Of a stretch of DNA of 46,385 nucleotides, positions 1 through 7,836 are shown piece after piece. How positions within the stretch are numbered: the stretch's first letter is position 1; every line of letters begins with the position of its first letter. The translations under genes were made by a program, and so were the position numbers. This DNA comes from a virus (taxonomy: Duplodnaviria > Caudoviricetes): positions 1-46,385 of IMG/VR virus record IMGVR_UViG_3300009678_000019; one strand, written 5' to 3'. The notes beneath the pieces are model-generated. The model was given only the letters and a program-made list of their open reading frames with translations, had not been told where the DNA came from and did not search any database.

Positions 1-225
1 AACCTCATCGGCGCGAACCTCATCGGCGCGAACCTCATCGGCGCGAACCTCATCGGCGCGAACCTCATCGGCGCGAACCTCATCGGCGCGAACCTCATCG
101 GCGCGAACCTCATCGGCGCGAACCTCGACGGCGCGGACCTCCGCGGCGCGAACCTCCGCGGCGCGAACCTCGGCGGCGCGAACCTCGGCGGCGCGAACCT
201 CGGCGGCGCGGACCTCCGCGGCGCG
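1..225 (+). repeat. 15-bp tandem repeat AACCTCATCGGCGCG (8 perfect copies, then variants)
   Basis: Read directly. The same unit fills 46305-46385. Confidence 0.95.
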
Positions 226-498
226 AAAAATCTAACATTGCCGACCGGTGAAACCTGGGAGGCGTACTTAACCGAAACGGTGCCCGCGCTGCTCACGGCC
301 GGAGGGAAACCGATGGAATCTTTTGCCGATCATTGGCAGTGCCACGACTGGATTAATTGCCCAATCGCCCACGCGTTCGACGTTCACGAACTCAACGACG
401 TGCCGATCCTGCTGCGGCCGCGAGCAAAGCAGTTTATTGATTTGTTTGATGCAAAACAGATCCCGTGGCCGCTGCCGACGAAAGCAGGCAAAGAGTGA
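1..498 (+). CDS. Pentapeptide-repeat protein, C-terminal part (continues from 46203-46385 across the junction)
   Basis: Frame 1 is open from base 1 and reads (NLIGA)x8 [20 protein letters not shown]..., an A(N/D)LxG repeat. It runs in frame into ORF 238..498. Confidence 0.85.
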   Translation, partial: NLIGANLIGANLIGANLIGANLIGANLIGANLIGANLIGANLDGADLRGANLRGANLGGANLGGANLGGADLRGAKNLTLPTGETWEAYLTETVPALLTAGGKPMESFADHWQCHDWINCPIAHAFDVHELNDVPILLRPRAKQFIDLFDAKQIPWPLPTKAGKE

Positions 499-628
499 GC
501 CAAAGAGTGAGCCAAAGAGGCCTCGTCTATGGCTTCAAACGAAACATGGGCTATCCGGTCAGCGATTGAAGCAGAGACGCCAACGATAGGCAAAACCTAT
601 CAATTTAGGTGCGATTTGCACCCGAAGC

Positions 629-690
629 TATAATACCTACGCCTCCTGAAGTTTAGGAGGGCGCGCGGAACCATGATGGTTTCCGCGGGA
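629..690 (+). promoter_or_regulatory. Putative promoter -10 (TATAAT) followed by two hairpins
   Basis: TATAAT at 629-634, then stem-loops CGCCTCCT..AGGAGGGCG and CGCGGAACCAT..ATGGTTTCCGCG upstream of ORF 711. No clear -35. Confidence 0.4.
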
Positions 691-710
691 GATTCAGGAA
701 GCGAGACAGG

Positions 711-995
711 ATGTCAGCGCAACTCAGGCTCTCCTTTGCAGCGCCGCGGCCAATCCGGCCGGGCAGCGCCAACCCGGCCGACCTTTTCATTTCCCCTTCT
801 CTTCGTTCTGACTCAGTGAATCCGTGCCCGTATTCCTACCCCGAATTGGAGCGGAAGCTTCTCGAGCTGATCGATCGCTCGAAGGAGCCAGGGATCCGTC
901 CACGCCGGCGCCGGAAGTTGCAATCGGTTTTAGAGATTTTGGAAGAGCTCGAGGAGAGGGATCACCACAAACAACTTTTGGAGATTTGCGCATGA
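711..995 (+). CDS. Hypothetical protein
   Basis: ORF with ATG; its stop overlaps the next start (ATGA). Confidence 0.55.
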   Translation: MSAQLRLSFAAPRPIRPGSANPADLFISPSLRSDSVNPCPYSYPELERKLLELIDRSKEPGIRPRRRRKLQSVLEILEELEERDHHKQLLEICA

Positions 996-1264
996 CCACA
1001 AAAACAAAAAACAAAATCGCGTTGAAGTTTTTCGCGCAGCAACGGGCCCTCGAGGCCGGCAAGGCCGGTTACGAGCGCGCCAATGTACTCCTCGAGGAAA
1101 TCGTCGGCCTGGTGAAGCCTGGCGAAACGATCACGCTCCCGGACGGATCCACGGGGCAGCTCGTCGACAAATTCGAGAAGAAGAACCGGATCGGGACGGG
1201 CATGGGCGTCAATCGCTACGAAATTGAAGTCAGCCGCGCGAAAGACATTAGCGACAGGCTTTAA
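992..1264 (+). CDS. Hypothetical protein (MTTKTKNKIALKFF...)
   Basis: ATGA coupling with upstream ORF and GGAG RBS. Confidence 0.65.
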   Translation: MTTKTKNKIALKFFAQQRALEAGKAGYERANVLLEEIVGLVKPGETITLPDGSTGQLVDKFEKKNRIGTGMGVNRYEIEVSRAKDISDRL

Positions 1265-1628
1265 TCCGGAGCTCTACCGGGACGCGTTCGGCCGGATCGA
1301 GATCATTGAAGTGCTCGCGCTTCGGATGTTGTCGATCTGCGCCGGACGCCGGCACGTCGAAACGACGCGCGGTTATTCGGACACGCCGGTGCACGACTAT
1401 AGCGACACGCTCGGCCGGCTCGACACGTTGGAAGATTACGCGGACCGCATGAAGCGGCTCTGCGAGGAACGACGACTCAAGGATGAACACGAATTCGAAG
1501 TTTCTGTGCGGCCTCCCCAGCTCGAGCAAGCCCCACCGTCCACACATCCGCCGGCAACACCGCGCGGAACGCCTGGCGCGCAAGATCGGCCGGATACGCG
1601 CCGAATGGGACCGGATCCGCAAGCGTGA
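1224..1628 (+). CDS. Hypothetical protein (start uncertain)
   Basis: ORF track only. Overlaps the alternative ORF 1483..1713. Confidence 0.35.
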   Translation: MKSAARKTLATGFNPELYRDAFGRIEIIEVLALRMLSICAGRRHVETTRGYSDTPVHDYSDTLGRLDTLEDYADRMKRLCEERRLKDEHEFEVSVRPPQLEQAPPSTHPPATPRGTPGAQDRPDTRRMGPDPQA

Positions 1629-1713
1629 CGCTCGAGACGGTGTGATCGTCGTCGGCCGGCTGGCGAGGTTCTGGCTCTGGTTGAAGGCCTGGCTCTCAAG
1701 CTGTATCCGGTAA
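1483..1713 (+). CDS. Hypothetical basic protein
   Basis: Stop directly abuts the recombinase ATG (TAAATG). Confidence 0.4.
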   Translation: MNTNSKFLCGLPSSSKPHRPHIRRQHRAERLARKIGRIRAEWDRIRKRDARDGVIVVGRLARFWLWLKAWLSSCIR

Positions 1714-2310
1714 ATGCGCGTCGCCCTGTACGCTCGAGTCTCCACCAAAGACAAAGGGCAAAACCCGGAAACCCAGCTCGGCCAGCTCCGCGATTTCGCG
1801 CGAGCTCGAGAGTGGGAAATTGTGGGCGAATACGTCGACGTCGGCTGGTCTGGCGCCAAGGATCGCCGGCCACAACTGGATCGACTCATGATGGACGCGA
1901 AGCGCCAGGCCTTCGCCGGCGTCCTGGTGTGGCGCTTCGATCGCTTCGCGCGATCGACACGGCACTTGCTGACGGCAATGGAGGAGTTTCAAAAACTCGG
2001 CCTCCAGTTCGTTAGCTTTACGGAGTCGATCGACACGACGACGGCCGTCGGGCAAATGGTGTTTACGATCCTCGCGGCGGTGGCTCAGATGGAGCGGGCG
2101 CTGATTCAGGACCGGGTCCGCGCCGGCGTCGATCGCGCGAGGCGCGAGGGGAGGAAACTCGGCCGGCCGACGGTCCTGATTAACCGCGGCCGCGTGCTCG
2201 AGCAGCTCGGCGCAGGCATGTCCGTGTCGGAGATCGCACGACAAGCCGGCATTGCTCGATCGACGGTCCGAGCGATCAAAGACGGCGTCCACCGCCAGCA
2301 ATATAGCTGA
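1714..2310 (+). CDS. Small serine recombinase (resolvase/invertase family) with C-terminal HTH
   Basis: N-terminal YARVS catalytic motif, SG..DRRPQL, VWRFDRFARS, ER..I..RV..G, GRKLGRP, and C-terminal HTH (GMSVSEIARQAGIARSTV). Confidence 0.93.
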   Translation: MRVALYARVSTKDKGQNPETQLGQLRDFARAREWEIVGEYVDVGWSGAKDRRPQLDRLMMDAKRQAFAGVLVWRFDRFARSTRHLLTAMEEFQKLGLQFVSFTESIDTTTAVGQMVFTILAAVAQMERALIQDRVRAGVDRARREGRKLGRPTVLINRGRVLEQLGAGMSVSEIARQAGIARSTVRAIKDGVHRQQYS

Positions 2311-2369
2311 CGCGTGCGATTGGGATTAGCACTTATTTTCCGCTGGGATCAATAATCCTGAAATAATAC

Positions 2370-2410
2370 TTGACATACACCTTGACACATGCGATCATTG
2401 CTCATGATCG
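2370..2410 (+). promoter_or_regulatory. Sigma70-type promoter with overlapping palindromic operator
   Basis: TTGACA at 2370 and 2382, AT-rich upstream sequence, and inverted repeat CGATCAT-N5-ATGATCG at 2392-2410. Confidence 0.6.
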
Positions 2411-2427
2411 AGACAAAGGAGACGACA

Positions 2428-2583
2428 ATGACGAAATTCCAGGAAATCATCCGGTACGGATCGTTTGGCCCGATCGTGTGGGCCGATGGAGACACGCGGT
2501 TAGCCACGCAGGAGGACTTAGACACGTTGCCAGTAGGACCCGACTTGACCACGGATGAGGAATCCGAGATCGAGGACGACTGA
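2428..2583 (+). CDS. Small acidic protein (51 aa), candidate anti-defence factor
   Basis: AAGGAG RBS; 14 D/E versus 3 K/R. Confidence 0.7.
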   Translation: MTKFQEIIRYGSFGPIVWADGDTRLATQEDLDTLPVGPDLTTDEESEIEDD

Positions 2584-2606
2584 GATTCGAAACCAAGGAG
2601 ACGACA

Positions 2607-2903
2607 ATGACAATATCAATCAGCCACGACATGAAACCCGGACTATTGACCCGCGAGCAGGCGATCAAAGAGACGAGCGCAGAACTCGTTGACAGGCTGG
2701 ACAATGAGCACTGCGAGCCAACCTCGCGCCTGATGCCGGACGGCTGCGAGCTTGTGGAATTTGCGGCGAGCGTGCACATCCCGGAAACCGATGAGCAATA
2801 CGCCGGCACGTTGACTGCGTACTACTACCAGACTCAGGATGAATCGAATGTGGAAGACCTGTCGGATCTCGATTGGGAGATTGCCGGTTACGAGGTTGTG
2901 TGA
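2607..2903 (+). CDS. Acidic protein (98 aa), candidate anti-defence/DNA-mimic
   Basis: AAGGAG RBS; 22 D/E versus 5 K/R. Confidence 0.8.
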   Translation: MTISISHDMKPGLLTREQAIKETSAELVDRLDNEHCEPTSRLMPDGCELVEFAASVHIPETDEQYAGTLTAYYYQTQDESNVEDLSDLDWEIAGYEVV

Positions 2904-2914
2904 TGCGCACCCCC

Positions 2915-3024
2915 CGCCGCGGCCTCTCGCTCAACGGGCACTCAATGATCAGTAAGAGTCTGCCGGGAGGCTCGCTGCCTCCCACGCGACTGATCGCCAC
3001 GGCACCTCAGTGCTGGATGCGGCG
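2915..3024 (+). ncRNA. Putative structured intergenic RNA
   Basis: Nested pairings CGCCGC/GCGGCG, GATCAGT/ACTGATC, GGGAGGC/GCCTCCC, GGCAC/GTGCT. Confidence 0.35.
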
Positions 3025-3040
3025 CACCAAGGAGACGACA

Positions 3041-3583
3041 ATGGGAAAAGGAAACACGGACATGACGGCATCTAAAATTCACGAAGCTGGAACGACGGTT
3101 GACTTCACTGTGCAATTTGACTGCGAAGCGTTCGGACAGACGCTTAAAACTGGAGACGAAGTAAGCGTGCTCCTCGCGCAAGACTGGAACGAAGAAGATG
3201 GGCAGGGCGACGGTGGGCCGTTCGGATGGGGTGGCTACAGCGAAGAGACGCTTTTCGCTCTCGGAACGGTAGACACTCATTTTGACGACCGAGTTACTGC
3301 CGCGCTCTTCTCTGAGAATTTTGCCAGCGCCGCATCTTGCGAGATTGAAAACAGCGTAGGCACGCTCATCACTGACGAAATAAGTGGGGATATGAGCGGG
3401 GAAGCCGCAGTCCGCATAGCAAACGTGGTTGGCGGCTGGATTCGCTGCTCGATTTCGACCTGCGTTAAATGTCACGACGCGGATTGCATTGAAGATCAGC
3501 ACGAGATTCTGCCGCTCGTGAAACTTGGCGAGGACGTTCTGGTTTCGTGTGAGAAGTGCGGCTCCGCGCTGCATAGAGATTAA
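3041..3583 (+). CDS. Acidic protein with C-terminal CxxC...CxxC zinc ribbon
   Basis: Same AAGGAGACGACAATG start as the two upstream genes; CVKC and CEKC motifs. Confidence 0.75.
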   Translation: MGKGNTDMTASKIHEAGTTVDFTVQFDCEAFGQTLKTGDEVSVLLAQDWNEEDGQGDGGPFGWGGYSEETLFALGTVDTHFDDRVTAALFSENFASAASCEIENSVGTLITDEISGDMSGEAAVRIANVVGGWIRCSISTCVKCHDADCIEDQHEILPLVKLGEDVLVSCEKCGSALHRD

Positions 3584-3586
3584 GTC

Positions 3587-3769
3587 ATGAGCAAAAGCAC
3601 TCTGCGTCGCAACCCTCGCCGCCGCGGCGTCTCGCTCCGCGATTACAACCTGCTCGCAAAGCGCGTCTCGCGCGGGCTCACCACGTGGGCCCAACTGGAG
3701 GCCGAGGGGCTCGTGCTCCCGCCTCAGCCGCGGGGTCGCCCGTTGAAGAAGCTCAGGCCAGTCGCCTGA
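3587..3769 (+). CDS. Small basic putative DNA-binding regulator (PRGRP AT-hook-like tail)
   Basis: 60 aa, Arg-rich, last gene of the acidic-protein operon. Confidence 0.6.
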   Translation: MSKSTLRRNPRRRGVSLRDYNLLAKRVSRGLTTWAQLEAEGLVLPPQPRGRPLKKLRPVA

Positions 3770-3771
3770 AA

Positions 3772-3965
3772 GAGTGGCGATAAAGCGGGACGCCACTCCT
3801 GGCGAAAGCCTGTTTCTCGCCTGATTTGTAAGTGTTGAAGACCGCCCCTACACCGCCACTTTCGCCAGGGGTGGCGACAATCAAATGTTTTCGCCAGGGT
3901 CTAGCAGGCAAACGGGCATTCTTTTAGCCTCCCCAATTTTTCCAATCATCGCCACTTTACGCCAG
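3772..3965. repeat. Cluster of 9 CGCCA/TGGCG motifs in both orientations (TTTCGCCAGG x3)
   Basis: Copies at about 3775, 3791, 3800, 3854, 3863, 3872, 3892, 3950 and 3960 in non-coding DNA. Confidence 0.75.
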
Positions 3966-4002
3966 TTTTCGCGAATCTGTCCGCGATCTAGGGTTGGACT
4001 TT

Positions 4003-4170
4003 ATGGACGCGGTGGACATCGAAGAGCTCCAGGACACCATCAGCGAGATCGATAGCGTGTTCCGCTGCCATCGAGATTTTCTGAATCGGAACGAGCGCAT
4101 CCGCAACCCACTCCACGAAGCATTTTTAGCAGCACAAACGAAGCTCGAGGACGCGCGCTCTCTGTCGTGA
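4003..4170 (+). CDS. Hypothetical protein (55 aa, MDAVDIEELQ...)
   Basis: Hand-translated. Stop overlaps the terS start (GTGA). Confidence 0.5.
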   Translation: MDAVDIEELQDTISEIDSVFRCHRDFLNRNERIRNPLHEAFLAAQTKLEDARSLS

Positions 4171-4613
4171 AGAAGAAGGAAAAGGCGCAAAAAGGTGATC
4201 CGCCTCGCGCGCGCGGAGCGAGCGGCCGGCAACGCAAGTATGTGACCGGCGTGCTCGCGGGGAAGACCAAGAAGAAAGCGGCGACCGACGCCGGCTATTC
4301 GAAGCACACGGCCACGAAGCCGAAGCAAATCGAAGCCAAGCCGGCAGTGCGGCAACTGTTCACGGAGCTCCTCGAGGCGCAAGGGATCACGGACGGGCTC
4401 CTGGCGAAGCGGATTTACCAAGGCCTCTTCGCGATGGAAACGAAAACCGCGTCGTCGGAAGGAAGGATCACCGACAAGGTCCACCTGGTGGCGTTTGCGG
4501 AGCGGAGAGAAATGCTCGAGCTGGCGTTGAAGTTGAAAGGCCATTTGATCGACAAGCACGAGCTCCGCATGGTGCGAACCCTGGAGCAAATCCTCGAGGA
4601 CTCTCATGAATGA
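4167..4613 (+). CDS. terS: Terminase small subunit
   Basis: RQRKY...AA..AGYS..TA HTH-like motif, directly upstream of and coupled to terL. Confidence 0.75.
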   Translation: MKKKEKAQKGDPPRARGASGRQRKYVTGVLAGKTKKKAATDAGYSKHTATKPKQIEAKPAVRQLFTELLEAQGITDGLLAKRIYQGLFAMETKTASSEGRITDKVHLVAFAERREMLELALKLKGHLIDKHELRMVRTLEQILEDSHE

Positions 4614-6124
4614 ATGCCGCATCCGCCAAACTCAAACGCTGGCGCGACAATCCCGTGGCGTTCGTTCACGAGAATTTCAGAGCGGATCCGGATCCCTGGC
4701 AACGCGATCTGCTCGACGCCTTCGCCTCCAAAGATCCCAAGAAAATGCGCATCTCCCTACAGGCCTGCGTGGGCCCGGGGAAAACGGCCGGCCTCGCCTG
4801 GTGTGGCTGGAATTTTCTCGCGTGCTACGGGGAGAAGGGCGAACACCCGAAGGGCGCCGCGGTTTCCGTGAGTTGGAGCAACCTGAAAGCGAACCTCTGG
4901 CCGGAATTCTCGAAGTGGCAGCAACGGAGCGAGTTTCTATCCTCCGCGTTTACCTGGAGCGCGGAGCGGATCTACGCGATCCATCACCCGGAAACGTGGT
5001 TCCTGGACGCGCGGAGCTGGGCGAAAACGGCGGATCCGGAACGGTTGGGAAAAACCCTCTCGGGGTTGCATTCGAGGTTCGTTCTCGGTCTGATCGACGA
5101 AAGCGGCGAGATTCCGATCGAGATCCTCAAGTCCGCCGACCAGGCGCTCTCGAATTGCGTTTTCGGCAAGATCGTGCAAGCCGGCAACCCGTCATCTCAC
5201 GAGGGAATGCTCTACGTGGCGGCGAATGCCCAACGGCATTTGTGGCACGTGATCCGGATCACGGGCGATCCGGACAAACCGAACGCCTGGCAGAAGTCGG
5301 CGCGCGTCATGAAGGAAGCGCCAGGCGCTCTCGAGTGGGCGAAGGAACAAATCCGGATCTACGGTCGCGACGACCCATGGGTGATGTATTCGATCCTCGG
5401 GGAGTTTCCGCCCGCGGCGATCAACGCGCTGCTCAGCGACACGGAAGTCAACGCGGCGATGGAACGGCATTTCCGCAAGGACGAATACGAGTGGGCGCAG
5501 AAGCGCCTCGGGATCGACGCGGCCTGGATGGGCGACGACAAGTGGGTTATTTTTCCACGCCAGGGGCTCGCCTCCTTCAAGCCGGTCGCGATGCGTCATC
5601 CGAAGACCGAAGAGATCGGTGCGCGCGTGATCATGGCGAAGCAACGATTCGGATCGGAGCGCGAGTACTTCGACAACACGGGCGGCTTTGCCGCGGGCGC
5701 GTCGGATTTCTACCAAGCGGCCGGCTACACGCCGATTCGGGTGGATTTCAGCGGGAAGCCGATCGATCCGCGGTTCTTCAACAAGCGCGCCGAAATGTGG
5801 TGGAACGCCGCGCAAGCGATCAAACAGGGCGCCGGCCTGCCTCCGGTTCCGGAGTTGATCGCGGAGCTCACCCAAACGACCTACAGCTACAAGGGCGGGA
5901 AGCTCCTGATCATGCCGAAAGAATTGCTCAAGACAAAGATCGGCCGATCTCCCGACTACGCCGACGGCTACGTGTTGACGTACGCCGAACCGGACATGCC
6001 GCGCGAGCTGGCGAGTCAATTGAAGCAAAGCGGACAGGCCAAAACGGAGTGGGATCCGTTCGCGACGGCGGAAGCATCGGGCGGCCGGGCGATCACCGAA
6101 TGGGATCCGCATCAAAACATTTAA
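4610..6124 (+). CDS. terL: Terminase large subunit
   Basis: PDPWQ Q-motif, Walker A (GPGKT), Walker B (LIDE), GNP, RNase H-like GID..WMGDD, FFNKRAEMW, GRSPDYAD. Confidence 0.95.
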   Translation: MNAASAKLKRWRDNPVAFVHENFRADPDPWQRDLLDAFASKDPKKMRISLQACVGPGKTAGLAWCGWNFLACYGEKGEHPKGAAVSVSWSNLKANLWPEFSKWQQRSEFLSSAFTWSAERIYAIHHPETWFLDARSWAKTADPERLGKTLSGLHSRFVLGLIDESGEIPIEILKSADQALSNCVFGKIVQAGNPSSHEGMLYVAANAQRHLWHVIRITGDPDKPNAWQKSARVMKEAPGALEWAKEQIRIYGRDDPWVMYSILGEFPPAAINALLSDTEVNAAMERHFRKDEYEWAQKRLGIDAAWMGDDKWVIFPRQGLASFKPVAMRHPKTEEIGARVIMAKQRFGSEREYFDNTGGFAAGASDFYQAAGYTPIRVDFSGKPIDPRFFNKRAEMWWNAAQAIKQGAGLPPVPELIAELTQTTYSYKGGKLLIMPKELLKTKIGRSPDYADGYVLTYAEPDMPRELASQLKQSGQAKTEWDPFATAEASGGRAITEWDPHQNI

Positions 6125-6142
6125 AAGAGGGGCGGCTGCGTC

Positions 6143-6376
6143 ATGGATAAACCGGAACAATTCGGCGGCAACGGTCACGGGATCCACACGAACGGTCAGA
6201 ACGATCTCCGCCTGGAGCTCGCGATCATCGACGATCGAGTACTCCTGAACTTCGGCCAGCTCCTCTCGCACGTCAAACTCCCGGCGGCCGTCGCGCGCAA
6301 GCTCGGAAACTCTCTGATCAAACACGCGGACAAGCTCGAGCAATCGCCGATCACGATTCCGACGGGAAGGGCGTAA
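6143..6376 (+). CDS. Hypothetical protein
   Basis: GAGG RBS; stop overlaps next start. Confidence 0.65.
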   Translation: MDKPEQFGGNGHGIHTNGQNDLRLELAIIDDRVLLNFGQLLSHVKLPAAVARKLGNSLIKHADKLEQSPITIPTGRA

Positions 6377-6939
6377 TGGCAACGGGGCGCACGTCCACGA
6401 TCCTGACGACACTCGGCGGTGGGCTGGCCGGCTACTTCATTGCGAAGGGACAGGCCCATCGCAAAGCGGATCAATGGACGCCGTTCCAAACCGAATGGGG
6501 CGACAAAGCGGCCGCGTTCGTCGACGCCCTGATCGGCAAGCGCAAAGCCGGGACGCTCACCTATGACGAATCCACAAAGGCGCTCGAGGACTTCGACCTC
6601 AACGTCGGCGACCTGTGGGATCAAGCGACGCTCTTCGAAGGCCTTGGCGGCGATCAAAAGAAAGTCATCCGTCAGGCGCACACGACATTAGATCCGATCC
6701 TCGCGTCATGGCGCGCGGGGATTCAAAGCCACATCGATGCACTGAAACCGCCGGAGGATCCCGGACCGGATGAAGCCAAGCCTCCAGGCACGCCGGCCGA
6801 TGCAGACGCGCGAGCGAAAGCCGCGGGCGATCGCGTCAGGAAACGGGCGATGGGCGCCGACGGCCGGCAACGCACGATCTTGACCGGCTACACGGCGCCC
6901 GCGCCATCGACGCAACGCACGATTTTGACGGGTTACTGA
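6376..6939 (+). CDS. Putative virion protein of the pre-portal type
   Basis: GR.STILT / GRQRTILTG / RTILTG motifs resemble small proteins encoded before the portal in BPP-1/T7-like podoviruses. Confidence 0.55.
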   Translation: MATGRTSTILTTLGGGLAGYFIAKGQAHRKADQWTPFQTEWGDKAAAFVDALIGKRKAGTLTYDESTKALEDFDLNVGDLWDQATLFEGLGGDQKKVIRQAHTTLDPILASWRAGIQSHIDALKPPEDPGPDEAKPPGTPADADARAKAAGDRVRKRAMGADGRQRTILTGYTAPAPSTQRTILTGY

Positions 6940-6943
6940 GGCG

Positions 6944-7105
6944 ATGGGCGAAACCTTACAGATTCTCAATTTGCTGCTGACCGGAAGCGTGCTGGTCGCC
7001 GTCATTGCGGCCGCCGTCGCCTACGGAAAGCTCACCCAAAAAGTAGAAGACCATGGCCGCCGGCTGGACCGGCTCGAGACGACACACACGGAGGTGTGTA
7101 AATAA
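6944..7105 (+). CDS. Small single-TM protein (holin/antiholin candidate)
   Basis: Hand-translated MGETLQILNLLLTGSVLVAVIAAAVAYGKLTQKVEDHGRRLDRLE..., a TM helix plus coiled coil. Confidence 0.6.
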   Translation: MGETLQILNLLLTGSVLVAVIAAAVAYGKLTQKVEDHGRRLDRLETTHTEVCK

Positions 7106-7106
7106 A

Positions 7107-7307
7107 ATGAAAGGCTGGAAAACGATAGTCTTCAATCTGGCGATGTTGGCCGCGGCCACACCGGACGTGCTGGGCCTTATCCCTCCGCACGTCGCCTTGT
7201 ACGTGATCCCCCTCGGCAACCTGATTTTGCGGGCGATCACGACAACCCCTATTGGTCGCAGCGAGGCGACTCCGGCGACGGAATCCACAAGCGAGAAACC
7301 GGAGTAA
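7107..7307 (+). CDS. Putative holin
   Basis: GGAGG RBS; MKGWKTIVFN...NLILRAITTTP with two hydrophobic segments; near the endolysin. Confidence 0.6.
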   Translation: MKGWKTIVFNLAMLAAATPDVLGLIPPHVALYVIPLGNLILRAITTTPIGRSEATPATESTSEKPE

Positions 7308-7312
7308 CGGCG

Positions 7313-7807
7313 ATGGACACCAAACCAGTAAAGAAACGATGGCAGCGCGGGCCGGAGCTCGCGATCCGGATCATCGCGGAAGGCGACGGCGGACGCGTGC
7401 TGGTCGACGTTCCGCCGGCGGTCGCGTTCGACCTCCTGGGCGATATGCAAAAAATGATTGTCGTCGACGAGCTGCGCAAAGCGGCCGATGACTTGGACGC
7501 AACAATCGATCCGTCGATCGATCGCAAGTACGCGCGATCGAATCGCCCTCCGGTCATCGATGAATTTCCTGAAGCGGATGCACCGGAACCGGTTCCGCCC
7601 GCGGTCGCGGGGCAATCCGAGAGTGGCCCCGAAATCCCCGGCCCCGAAACTGAGACGAAGCCGGCCGAACCTGAAACACCCGCGGTGGATCCTGAAACGA
7701 AACCCGTGGATCTCGAGACTGTCGCTGAAAACACCACTCAGTTGAGTGACGACCTGGTCGTGATCGAATCGAAGGGACCGACTAGCAAAACCGAAATGCG
7801 GCATTGA
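7313..7807 (+). CDS. Hypothetical protein with acidic Pro/Glu-rich C-terminus
   Basis: GGAG RBS; PETETKP/PETKP low-complexity tail. Confidence 0.65.
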   Translation: MDTKPVKKRWQRGPELAIRIIAEGDGGRVLVDVPPAVAFDLLGDMQKMIVVDELRKAADDLDATIDPSIDRKYARSNRPPVIDEFPEADAPEPVPPAVAGQSESGPEIPGPETETKPAEPETPAVDPETKPVDLETVAENTTQLSDDLVVIESKGPTSKTEMRH

Positions 7808-7836
7808 TGCCGCATTTGATCAAAAGGAAGCGAAGC

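Noticed and set aside
121-225. Repeat variants ATC/GAC/CGC/GGC could derive from AAC by adenine mutagenesis
   Set aside because: No RT or template is present; variation at these positions is normal for pentapeptide repeats.
1-225. CRISPR array
   Set aside because: Contiguous 15-mers without spacers, in frame within a coding gene.
489-519. 12-bp tandem repeat CAAAGAGTGAGC
   Set aside because: Under three copies at a gene end; probably a slippage duplication with no evidence of function.
4606-6150. 514-aa alternative-frame ORF over terL, and long antisense ORFs such as 15777..18203 and 31029..32651
   Set aside because: Arg/Gly-rich shadow frames typical of high-GC coding DNA, with no motifs.
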